The translations under genes and the position numbers were made by a program. From positions 64,420 through 128,419 of the forward strand of contig CAMAZH010000001.1 of assembly GCA_945863035.1 (NCBI GenBank): a stretch of 64,000 nt of DNA. The letters run 5' to 3'. Positions within the stretch are counted from its first letter, which is position 1. Each line of letters starts with the position of its first letter. The notes under the pieces were generated by a model. It saw nothing but the letters and a program-made list of their open reading frames with translations. It was not told the origin of the DNA and made no database searches. Positions 10,090 through 19,800 of the stretch are shown here, one piece after another. This DNA is from Chitinophaga pinensis (GTDB taxonomy: Bacteria; Bacteroidota; Bacteroidia; Bacteroidales; GCA-2748055).

Positions 10090-10163
10090 AGTATTAGGTT
10101 TATAGTTAAATAAGAGTTTTGATATTTTCAATAAAATTTTTCCTGTATGCGAAATGCTCAGAA

Positions 10164-13124
10164 CTAAAAGCGGTATCGGATTCCGGTATCAAAAGTCCAT
10201 CCATATCGCTCAAGATAGGATGGTCTGGCATCTCCCCAATTTCTTGATTTTTCAATAAAATCATTCATATTGGCAATATTTCCGATTATTTCGAAGCCCG
10301 TAAATCTTTTTTTAAGCTTCTGAGTAAGCTGAAGATCCCAACGATAAAAGCTTTCTTTCATCGAGTACAGCTCTTTTAGCTGGTTATATCCGGTAAAAAT
10401 TTTACCATTGTACTGAAAGGATAACCATGAGTTAAATCCTTTACGGTTGAAGCCTAAAGATGCATTGACAATATGTTTTGGCTGGAAAAGCATAGGTCCG
10501 GTAATTGTGGAGTCAAATCTGACTTGTACCGGCCTGCCTCCCCCTGCCGGAACTATGTTCCTTTTTTCCGAAAACGGATATTGTGTTTCTGAATCTGTGT
10601 AGGTGTAATTTGTTGAAATAGTAAAGTGCTTGAGTACATTATGCAGGTACCAGAATGATGTTTGCACTTCCACTTCCAATCCTTTGATAAAAATGGGATA
10701 ATTGTGATTTTCTATCACACTCATGTTCACCTGGTCCAGGTCTCCGAATGGTTCAACCAAAGGATCTCCTTTCAAACGGGTATAACCTCTGCCCCAGATT
10801 TTGTTTTCAACGGTTTTGTAGAAGGCTCCAATTGAGACCAAACCGATTTTGTTCCCATGAAAGGTCATTTGCCCGTCATAATTCTTCCAGAATTCTGTAA
10901 GGATATCTGGATTTCTTGCCGTGTATGAAAATGGAGGAAATCCAGCATTGATAAATGTGTTGGGGGAAATCTGGTTCATGTCAGGTCTGCTCAGCGTATG
11001 GGTATATGCAAGATGCGTGTAAAAGGAGGGTGATGGTTTAATTCTTAGGTGGATCATCGGAAGCAGGAACTCATCGGAACGGTCTGCCTCTCTCGGGCTT
11101 CCGGGGATCGGCTCATAGATTGGATCAGGGAGACTGGGATTAAGAGCCATGTAGCCAGCCATAGAGGAATTTGTTGTTTCGTATCTGACCCCGGGCATTA
11201 TCATGAGCCATTTTCCGAGATTCAACTCTGTCATCAGGTAACTGGCGTAATATTGCTCTTTAATGTCCTGGTCATCCATAATGCAGCTGGAAATGTCCTG
11301 ACCGAACCCGAATCTGTCTTTAGCTCCGAAAATCGCCTGCCATACTTCTGGACCCTGGGCATAGTAGTAATCAGACAGATCCACCCAGGTATCTGTTATT
11401 TCGTTAAGCCTGCCGATATCGTATGTCCATCCAAAATCGTACCTGCCATCCAGGAAATTATCCAATTTGTTCTCCTTCAAGCCTATGGCCGACACTTCCT
11501 GGGATAGTCCTGATCTTACAATCCAATCAATTTTGTCATCCAGCATTTTCTTACCCTGATCATTGACGATAAGAGTCTGATTGCCGTTTGTGACATCCTG
11601 AACCCTGTTGCGGGTTCTGTGTGTTGCTCCGAATTTCAAATAACCGGTAACACCCTTGCCTAATTGATATGGAATTTCGATGTTTAAATATTCCGTGAGA
11701 TTATCCTCTTTCATTTTCCCGGTATATTGACCAAATGATGTCAGTTTCACATTCTGAAGAGAATCGCCGTTATCTGAAAATAACGGAATAATCTCAGAAG
11801 GATCCAACTTCTGATCATCATTGGTGAAGGTGTGGCCAACACTTGCTCCCTCATACATGTAGTTCCAGTTTCTGGATTGAGGATCATCCATTTTGCTGGT
11901 TGAATATGCCAGTCCGTAATCCAGTTCCATGTTCAGGAAATTCAATCTTGTTAAGCCGTTTAGTGCAGACTGCCAGATATTATTGTTTCTTAATGGATTG
12001 TCATGAAAATTGTAACTTACATCACCTTTCCCGGTTATATTGTAGTTTTTTGTCTGACGGTTATGATCATCTTTCGAATAATTGTAAATACTGAAAAGGG
12101 AGATGGTGGTTGATTTATGTGGGCGATAATCCATTGAGATCATGGCTGATCGCCTGTATTTCGTGGTCTGGATATTATTCAGGCTGGCTCCTGTCAGCAG
12201 TATTTCAACATCGTCGGATTTTTCAAGGCCATAACCGGCACTCATAGTCTGTGTGCTGCGGTTTACCCTTTCTGCATTAGCGGAGATAAAAACGCCTAAC
12301 TTTTTATTAAACAGCCGGTTGCTTATTTCAGCCTGCATTTTGTAATTTCCAAAGTAGTTATTCATGTTGTTGTATCCGCCCATGGCCATTACATTGGAGT
12401 GCAATCCGTCAGGCGTTTCTTTGAGCTTGAAGTTCACTGATCCGGCAACTGAATTTGCTTCCATATCAGGTGTAAGAGCCTTGAATACTTCTACACCTTG
12501 CAAGGCGTATTGGGAAATTCCCGACACATCAGTTTCACTGCCTGATCCCATTGATGCGGGCATTTTTATCCCGTTCAGGGTTACTGCGGTATAGCGTTGT
12601 TCCAATCCACGGATTACAATCGCGGTTCCTTCGCCGCCGCTCCTTATGACAGAGATTCCAGGAAGTCTGCCGATAGCTTCAACGGCATTAGCATCTGGGT
12701 TTTCCTGAAGACGATCGGATGACACAACATTTTTAATTGTATTGGAGTTAATCTGTTGATTACGGGCCCCAATCTGACCCTTTGCCTGTGCACTAACCAC
12801 TACTTCTCCAATTGTTTCGATATTTGCGTTTAGCGAAACATCAATATTCCGGGCTGAGCCTATTGCAATAGTATCCGAATGAAATCCGATAAATGAGTAT
12901 ACGAGGGTCGTCTTTTCGCCCGGAACAAGCAGACTGTATTTTCCATCGAGACCGGTAACGGTTCCTCGTGTGGTGCCTTTGATGACCACAGTGGCTCCAG
13001 GAAGGATATCTCCGGTTTCTTTATCCCTTACCGCACCAAAAACGCGAATATCGCCCTGGGCGTTCAAAATCAAATGAAAAAACATAAAAAAACCAAGTAA
13101 AGTAACTATTCGAAAATTCATCAT
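10164..13124 (-). CDS. TonB-dependent outer-membrane transporter with CarboxypepD_reg-like N-terminal domain (not obviously SusC-type)
   Basis: Signal peptide MMNFRIVTLLGFFMFFHLILNAQG. CarboxypepD_reg-like block: VRDKETGDILPGATVVIKGTTRGTVTGLDGKYSLLV. Plug motif: DRLQENPDANAVEAIGRLPGISVIRSGGEGTAIVIRGLEQRYTAVTLNG. A long barrel region follows. The C-terminus GWTFDTGIRYRF ends in Phe, as expected for an OM beta-barrel. Confidence 0.9.
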   Translation of the reverse strand: MMNFRIVTLLGFFMFFHLILNAQGDIRVFGAVRDKETGDILPGATVVIKGTTRGTVTGLDGKYSLLVPGEKTTLVYSFIGFHSDTIAIGSARNIDVSLNANIETIGEVVVSAQAKGQIGARNQQINSNTIKNVVSSDRLQENPDANAVEAIGRLPGISVIRSGGEGTAIVIRGLEQRYTAVTLNGIKMPASMGSGSETDVSGISQYALQGVEVFKALTPDMEANSVAGSVNFKLKETPDGLHSNVMAMGGYNNMNNYFGNYKMQAEISNRLFNKKLGVFISANAERVNRSTQTMSAGYGLEKSDDVEILLTGASLNNIQTTKYRRSAMISMDYRPHKSTTISLFSIYNYSKDDHNRQTKNYNITGKGDVSYNFHDNPLRNNNIWQSALNGLTRLNFLNMELDYGLAYSTSKMDDPQSRNWNYMYEGASVGHTFTNDDQKLDPSEIIPLFSDNGDSLQNVKLTSFGQYTGKMKEDNLTEYLNIEIPYQLGKGVTGYLKFGATHRTRNRVQDVTNGNQTLIVNDQGKKMLDDKIDWIVRSGLSQEVSAIGLKENKLDNFLDGRYDFGWTYDIGRLNEITDTWVDLSDYYYAQGPEVWQAIFGAKDRFGFGQDISSCIMDDQDIKEQYYASYLMTELNLGKWLMIMPGVRYETTNSSMAGYMALNPSLPDPIYEPIPGSPREADRSDEFLLPMIHLRIKPSPSFYTHLAYTHTLSRPDMNQISPNTFINAGFPPFSYTARNPDILTEFWKNYDGQMTFHGNKIGLVSIGAFYKTVENKIWGRGYTRLKGDPLVEPFGDLDQVNMSVIENHNYPIFIKGLEVEVQTSFWYLHNVLKHFTISTNYTYTDSETQYPFSEKRNIVPAGGGRPVQVRFDSTITGPMLFQPKHIVNASLGFNRKGFNSWLSFQYNGKIFTGYNQLKELYSMKESFYRWDLQLTQKLKKRFTGFEIIGNIANMNDFIEKSRNWGDARPSYLERYGWTFDTGIRYRF

Positions 13125-13196
13125 TATTGGGCAAATTATTAATTTGTATTATTTGACATACTGATACTATTCATTTTCTTACAGAGAATTGTTTAC

Positions 13197-16100
13197 TTAG
13201 GGATTAAACAGTATTTTTTTCATAAGCAGGCTATCCCTTGTTTTTAATTGATAAAAATAGACACCTGCCGGAACGTGTTGGCCTGAAAAGTTTGTTCCAT
13301 CCCATGAGCATTGATACAATCCTGGTTCATGGTTCTGGTTGACCAGAGTATTTATAACCTGTCCGGTTAAATTAATGATGTTTATTGTTACCATATCTTT
13401 TTTGGCAATACGGTAACTGATATGGGTAAGAGTGGAAAAGGGATTTGGGTAATTCTGAGCCAAATCAGCTTTATCGCCAAACTTTAAAACATCACTGACG
13501 CTTTGAATAACACTTGTATTGTGTCGACCGGGACTGCCTCCATTTTCACCGCTTGCTTTCCAGTTTGAACCTATTTCATTATCGCTATGAGGGTTTGTAA
13601 GTTCAATGCTCGATCCATTTACTGGTATTTCAGGCCATGGTGCAGTAATTCCATAGTTAACAAAGTCGATCAAATCCATTTTGCTGTTATAGAGTTCAAC
13701 TGATTCCCCTGTGGAAGAAAGTCCAAAATCAAAATTTCCGATTATATTATTTATTTCAGGGTGAGTTTCTTTAAAGCTGTTTGTATCGCGGCAAATGACA
13801 AGAAAACCGGAAGGCTGCATCAGGATTTTTGCGGGAAAGCTAAACCGGTGGTCTGAGGGTGCATCCTTAAATATCCAATTACTTATATCAGCAGTCACAT
13901 CAGAATTATTATACAGTTCTATCCAGTCCTTGCTGTCGGCGATTTCATCAGAGATATATTTGATTTCGTTGATTACAATATTGTTAGGATTGAATTCTGA
14001 AAATTCGAAGAAGGCAGTCAGGTTTGAGATCGTTTTAACATCTGCTTTTCGCGTTGGTGATGTATTTCCATCTGACCATCTTGTGAATTTGTGATTAGGA
14101 AAAGTCATGGCTTTAAGGGTAATAGGTACCTCCGGAAAGTATTTGCCGCTCCATGGGTATGCCGGGCAGATAATTGAGTTGATTCGGACCATACCCATGG
14201 TCGTATCCGAAACTGAAATTGTAATTGATTTCTGCCGGCTCAACTTAAACTTCATCATCAGATGGGTAAACTGATAATTTGGGCGGTTTGTGGCAAATTC
14301 TGTAATTATAGATATCCCATTATACCATTTTTCAGTGCTTTGAGAAAGCAATTGGTAATAACGGGGGATTTCAGGTTCGTATAGTTTTACAAAATCCTCA
14401 AGAAGGAGGTTCACTCTTTCAGGAAGGAAAGTGGAATTCAGATGATCGCAAAAGGTATTAATAAAGGAATTCCTGAACTCTAGGTTCTTTAACAGATTTC
14501 TTAAAAGAAATGTTGAGTGCGGTGGATTAGGCCAATCCGGACCATTTTCTTCCGTTGCAAGTTCGAGAGTATTGTTCCTGAAAAACAATTCTCCATCCTC
14601 AACTTCAAATTCGTATAATAAACCAAAACCAAAATCTGTATCATACATGAGCCATCGCCACTTACTGCCTGGCTCATTGCTCTTCCACCATTTGATGTTA
14701 TTTCCTGGCCAGTCTGTGTTATCGAAGAAGATTTGTGCAACAGAATAGTCAATGAAGTTATTTATATCAATATTCTGGCTGATATAATTGTAGGCGGCAC
14801 TGTCAGATAAATCATTCAGGCTGATATAATCAATCAGCTCTTTGTAATTGTCAACCTTACCTTCAATGACCACAATTGAGCTATTGTTTGGAACATATCC
14901 CAGGATGTTGATACTATCGGGTTTTAGTTTAGTATGAGAAGCGATAAAATTCCGGTTGATTTTTTCTTGGATGTTTCTGATTCCCCAATAGTTTCCATTC
15001 AGATATACCACTGCAGGACGAAACATGGAGAGTTCCAAATCCATGTTATTCCTTAAAAGATTTTGCATGAAGCAATCTCTGAGCATTGTATTCTGAACGT
15101 CATTCCCTGAATTGCGGAGTACAATGCTATTGAAATTGATTAAATCTTTGTTATTGAATATGTTATAATCAATAGACTGTTGGCCGTATTTCGATCTGGC
15201 CATAACAGATAATGATTTATATGGATAAATACGGGTAAGTCCTCCATGAACCTGAATTCCTGCATCCAGACTGAATCCATGGATGCCATCTGGTTCAAAA
15301 AATTCAATATGTGCAGGCCTTTCCCAATTCTGGAAGAGATTGGACTGCTCGTGCGGATTTGTTAATACAAAAATTCCGAAATCTGCATTATAGAGGTTTT
15401 CCGGATCGGTTGTTACAGAAATTGCAGCAAAGGAATTATGCTCGTTTATAAAAAAAGATTTAGTTGCAGTCCTACTGGGCAGGAGATTGGATGAAAATGC
15501 TTTTGCGCGTATTGTACTTGTTAAGTCAACAGATAATGGAGATGTATATAAGTTTGATTGTTCTGATGGATCGCTGCAATCGGTTGTATAGTAGATTCTG
15601 CTTTCATGGGCAGGGGAAGATAGTGATACTTCAATTGAATGATTGTAAAACCCTTCACGTAAAGAAAAAAGTGGGGTTGTGCTTCTTCCCGGAAAGACAT
15701 TTTCCGAATTAGCAGAGCCCGGAGTAGGCTCAAGGAAATAAACCAAGCTGTCGGTGTTAGCTGATAGCCTTCCAAAAGAAACATCAGCTTCAGATACTGT
15801 GGTTTTAACTGAATCAATTATTTGGCCGGATGGATTTGTTAAAAACAAGTTTTCGCCTGAGGATTTTAAGGAAAAGTTGGTGTGTAGTTCGTTTATTTTC
15901 CTGTATATTCTTGAAGCAGGTATAGGTTCTTCAACTACGTTGTTTGGCAGCTGCCAGCGCACAGCCAGGTTATCACCGCCAATATTTTCTTTCATCAAAG
16001 CTTCAATATAATAGTATTTTCCTGCTTCAAGTCTTATTTTTATTGATTTCTGTTCGGAGTATTTTTCCCATTCGAGCGGGTTTGTCCAACTTGGGACTCT

Positions 16101-16691
16101 GGCTATTTCTCTGGCATTGAAGGAATTCATATCAGGGCTGAGTCGCAATGAACCATTGTCATCACTCGAAATCCAAAAAGTATAATAGCCGGTTAATGGG
16201 GCCAATAGGTATCCGAAAATACGCTGACCATAGTAATCTCCAATATTTGTTGGAGAATGAAAAAAATCATTTATTATTCTTTCTTCGGATGGCGTGTCAG
16301 GAAAATTCGGATTGCTAAGGAGGTATTCAATACGGTCTCCCTGAATATTGTAAAAAAACTGAGATATAAGTCCGTTTTGCATTTGTCCTGAAGAGGATTT
16401 GCGATTTTTTCCTGAAGCCCATACCAACAGAAATTCTCCGGGTTCTAAAACAAAACTGGGAAAAATCCATTTGAAAAGATTGCTGCTTTCGTCACTAAGT
16501 GCAAAACCTTCAAGGTTTAACGATCCTATATCCTTGTTATGGAGTTCTACCCAGTCTTCATAATCTCCGTCTTCGTCTTTAATTATACTTACATTCAAAG
16601 GTGCAACTTCATTAATTACAAGATTTTGCGTGTATGCAAATATATTATTTAACAGAAAGAGCAAAAGCAAGTAAATTATTTTATAAATCAA
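13197..16691 (-). CDS. CotH kinase-like protein with two lamin-tail (LTD) domains, a PA14-like domain and a T9SS sorting domain
   Basis: The start is TTG (caa on the plus strand at 16689..16691), followed by a hydrophobic signal IYKIIYLLLLFLLNNIFAYTQ. LTD-like: LVINEVAPLN..DGDYEDWVELHNKD..LEPGEFLLVWASG and IVINEIKYISDEIADSKDWIELYNNSD. PA14-like: QRIFGYLLAPLTGYYTFWISSDDNGSLRL..YYYIEALMKENIGGDNLAVRW. CotH-like: VLRNSGNDVQNTMLRDCFMQNLL..VVYLNGNYWGIRNIQEKINRNFI and DNTDWPGNNIKWWKS..WRWLMYDTDFGFG. Sorting domain: NYPNPFSTLTHISY..GVYFYQLKT. Confidence 0.8.
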   Translation of the reverse strand: MIYKIIYLLLLFLLNNIFAYTQNLVINEVAPLNVSIIKDEDGDYEDWVELHNKDIGSLNLEGFALSDESSNLFKWIFPSFVLEPGEFLLVWASGKNRKSSSGQMQNGLISQFFYNIQGDRIEYLLSNPNFPDTPSEERIINDFFHSPTNIGDYYGQRIFGYLLAPLTGYYTFWISSDDNGSLRLSPDMNSFNAREIARVPSWTNPLEWEKYSEQKSIKIRLEAGKYYYIEALMKENIGGDNLAVRWQLPNNVVEEPIPASRIYRKINELHTNFSLKSSGENLFLTNPSGQIIDSVKTTVSEADVSFGRLSANTDSLVYFLEPTPGSANSENVFPGRSTTPLFSLREGFYNHSIEVSLSSPAHESRIYYTTDCSDPSEQSNLYTSPLSVDLTSTIRAKAFSSNLLPSRTATKSFFINEHNSFAAISVTTDPENLYNADFGIFVLTNPHEQSNLFQNWERPAHIEFFEPDGIHGFSLDAGIQVHGGLTRIYPYKSLSVMARSKYGQQSIDYNIFNNKDLINFNSIVLRNSGNDVQNTMLRDCFMQNLLRNNMDLELSMFRPAVVYLNGNYWGIRNIQEKINRNFIASHTKLKPDSINILGYVPNNSSIVVIEGKVDNYKELIDYISLNDLSDSAAYNYISQNIDINNFIDYSVAQIFFDNTDWPGNNIKWWKSNEPGSKWRWLMYDTDFGFGLLYEFEVEDGELFFRNNTLELATEENGPDWPNPPHSTFLLRNLLKNLEFRNSFINTFCDHLNSTFLPERVNLLLEDFVKLYEPEIPRYYQLLSQSTEKWYNGISIITEFATNRPNYQFTHLMMKFKLSRQKSITISVSDTTMGMVRINSIICPAYPWSGKYFPEVPITLKAMTFPNHKFTRWSDGNTSPTRKADVKTISNLTAFFEFSEFNPNNIVINEIKYISDEIADSKDWIELYNNSDVTADISNWIFKDAPSDHRFSFPAKILMQPSGFLVICRDTNSFKETHPEINNIIGNFDFGLSSTGESVELYNSKMDLIDFVNYGITAPWPEIPVNGSSIELTNPHSDNEIGSNWKASGENGGSPGRHNTSVIQSVSDVLKFGDKADLAQNYPNPFSTLTHISYRIAKKDMVTINIINLTGQVINTLVNQNHEPGLYQCSWDGTNFSGQHVPAGVYFYQLKTRDSLLMKKILFNP

Positions 16692-16752
16692 GGCAAGGAT
16701 GTTTTAACAGTGAAGAAATAATCAAATCTTTAATGAGAACTATCTGAATACA

Positions 16753-16793
16753 GATAAATAAAATAGTGAGGAAGAGTTGCCCCTTCCTCACTA
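16753..16793 (-). terminator. Rho-independent terminator-like hairpin downstream of the 1219-aa gene
   Basis: Perfect 11-bp stem: tagtgaggaag at 16764..16774 pairs with cttcctcacta at 16783..16793. The loop is 8 nt (agttgccc). On the minus strand the hairpin is followed by TTTTATTTAT (complement of 16754..16763). It starts 11 nt after the stop at 16805..16807. Confidence 0.7.
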
Positions 16794-16804
16794 TAATATT
16801 GATT

Positions 16805-19800
16805 TTATTCAACTACAAATTTGGATATCATGGACTCGTTATTCTTAACGATCTTAAGAAGATACAAGCCTTTTCCATATTTAGCAGCATTAACGGAGGT
16901 TACATTATCTGAACTTTTTAAGTTCATAAGCAACTTACCATCCATCGAATAAATCTGTATCAAAGCATTACTTGTTTCAGTAATATTCAGGACATCAGAA
17001 GTCGGATTCGGGTAAATCCCTACTTTACTAAAGGTTTCGGAATTTACACCAATAGTGGAAGGCTTAAGAATAATCTTGACAAGATATTTCTTAACCGTCA
17101 TGCCGTCTTCTGCTGTTACAGTTATTGTTACAGTTCCATTAACATTCACAATGCTTACCGATGCGTTTGGATCATTCGTAACAGCAGTAGCAACTGTATC
17201 AGCTCCCTCTGTTAATTCAACTCTGTAGGATGCTGTTGCAGGGGCGAAATTACTCAGTTGCACACCTCCAATCAAGAGTGAAGAAAGCGTAGCGTCATTA
17301 TTTCCGAGGTACCCTTCATATGAAAACACCATATTGTTCAGGTCGAATCCGCCTGCCGCATCGTTAATAACGAAAGATAAAATGTGATCGCCTTTCAGCA
17401 GGTTCATGCTTGTATCTAATGACCATGGTATAAAATCAGCAGGGGCGGGGAGTTCAACCTGAGATAGCACCGGACTTCCGTCGATCAGTACACTGAACTT
17501 TTCATTATACCATCCATGAATGGTGGCGAAATTGAAGGTGACATTATACAATCCTGATTCAACCACCCGGATGTCGAAGTTTAATTTGTCATCGACATCG
17601 GTCCAGCCTACCTGGTATCTGCCATTACCGCCGCCAATATCAACACCTTCATTTGGACGATATCCACCGCCATTGTTGCTGGCATCCTTGTCTTCATAAC
17701 CAACGCCCTGGCCTCCATCGTTGAAGTTTTCAAATTCGAGAATTACGGTTTCGTTGGAAACAACAGGTAATACAGTTATGGGTCTTGCGTTTGAGAACCG
17801 GATATAATCGAAGGCAATTTTTCCTGAGTCTGCAACATCAACAGCGTCAAGGCGGAATTGAGCTACAATGAAGCCGGGGTTCCAATTATTAACGCCTGTG
17901 AGGTTTACGAGAACATCCCGGTATTGATTGTCGTTGGGAACTAACGGGAAGGTTATTACCGAAATATTGTAATCTTTATCAAACACAAGAATCTGTCCTC
18001 TGTCATCTGCAGTCTCGTTTTTAACACCAATGGAAAGCCATTTAATATCTCCAACGGTCCATCCTGTAAGTTGGTCGCCCCATACATATGGATCTGCTCC
18101 TGTAACTTCTATTACCATTTTTCCATCTGCAATTGAAGCGTTTGCACTGTTCGCTCCAGCAATACCCCATCCTGTTGCGTTATCAAAATTCCATGCAGTG
18201 GTTTGTTCAACAACACTGATTGATAGTGTGCCTTTTGTGCCCGATCCATCATTTGCTGTTGCAGTTACAGTTACATTACCTGGTAAAATCCCGGTTAGTA
18301 ATCCGTTAGCATCAATTGATGCAACACTTTCCGGATCAACAGAGAAGGTAACATTTTTATTAGTAGTATTCAATGGCATTACTTCAAACAATATTTGAAG
18401 CTTATTTCCCGTGGAAACAATTGTTCTGCCATCTTGCCCCGTCAATGAAATTGAACCAGCCGGCATTTGGTCTTTAGAAACAGTTATTGATTTGTTGCCT
18501 GAAATTCCTGAACCATCTTTGGCTGTTGCAGAAACAAGAACAACACCATCCGAAACTACCGTCAAAACCCCGGTATTAGCATCGATTGTTGCAAAAGCAT
18601 CATTATCAACCGACCATGTAACCGACTGAGCTGAAATGGCTGGTGTCACCGCTGCGCTTAGCGTTACTGTGCTACCAACACCATAAACAGCATCAAATGG
18701 GCTCGATACCTGAATGGACACGGCTGGTGGACGTTGGGAAACGAATTTATAGAAATCCACATAATAAGTACCCGCATCTACTCCTTTTGGCCCGTCGAAT
18801 CTGATCTCGTTGATATATTCAGGAATACTTCCCCACCAGCTTTTCGGATCATTCAGATCGATCATAACATCTGTAAATTCAGTAGCATTTGTTGGAATAT
18901 TCACTCGGTTAAGTCCATACCAGTTACCATTGTGTATTGCTGTGAACCCAACCCCATTTCCAGATGATTCATTTTTTATTCTCATCCAGAAAAAGTTATT
19001 GCCTTTTAGTGGCCAGTAAACCATGGAATCAGACCATACGTTCGGCTCTTGATATGGAAGGCCAGAGGTAATGTTCATTATCATCATTTCATCTGCAAAG
19101 GATACAGTTCCGGCTGTTTTCTCCAGATTCAGTCCCGTGTTGGCCGGATCATTAAATTCCCATGCGGTTCTGATTTCATAGGAATCAAGTACAGTAATCT
19201 CGATAGAACCAATAACATCAGGTTTTATCTTGGATGCTGCATACACAGTAACTGTGCCTGCTGTAAGGGGGGTCAGTTTACCATCTACACTAATTGTGGC
19301 AATGTTTTCATCACTTACTGACCAGATTACACCGGTTTTGATATAAGCCACAACGCTTTCTTTAAACTTTACATCAGCCTTTAATTGAATCAGGTGGTCC
19401 AGTCCATATGCGGTAGTATAGGGAGAAGAAATTGCTACTTTTGAAACGGAATCTGCAAAAGGAAAGTCTTCTACAAACCGATAAAAATCAATGAAATACT
19501 GACCTGTGTCAACTCCTTTAGGTCCGTCGAAACGTATATCACTCAGACTGTCAGGGAAACTGCTCCACCAGTTTTTCGGTTCCGTAAGATCAATTATAAC
19601 ATCCCTGAACATACTATCATTTGTTGGGATTTTTACCCGGTTAAGCCCATACCAGTCTGGTCCGTGGGTTGCTGTAAAACCAACATCATTACCTGCAGAT
19701 TCATTTTTAATCCGCATCCAGAAATATTTCAGATCGCCCATTTTCCAGTTATCCATAGTTTGGGTCCATACACATGGCTCTTGCCATGGAAGGCCAGAGG

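Noticed and set aside
10090-10131. A 14-codon N-terminal extension of the beta-helix gene (MKISKLLFNYKPNT).
   Set aside because: The paralogue at 57276 begins at the position equivalent to the second Met, and the signal peptide starts there. The longer form remains possible but is less likely.
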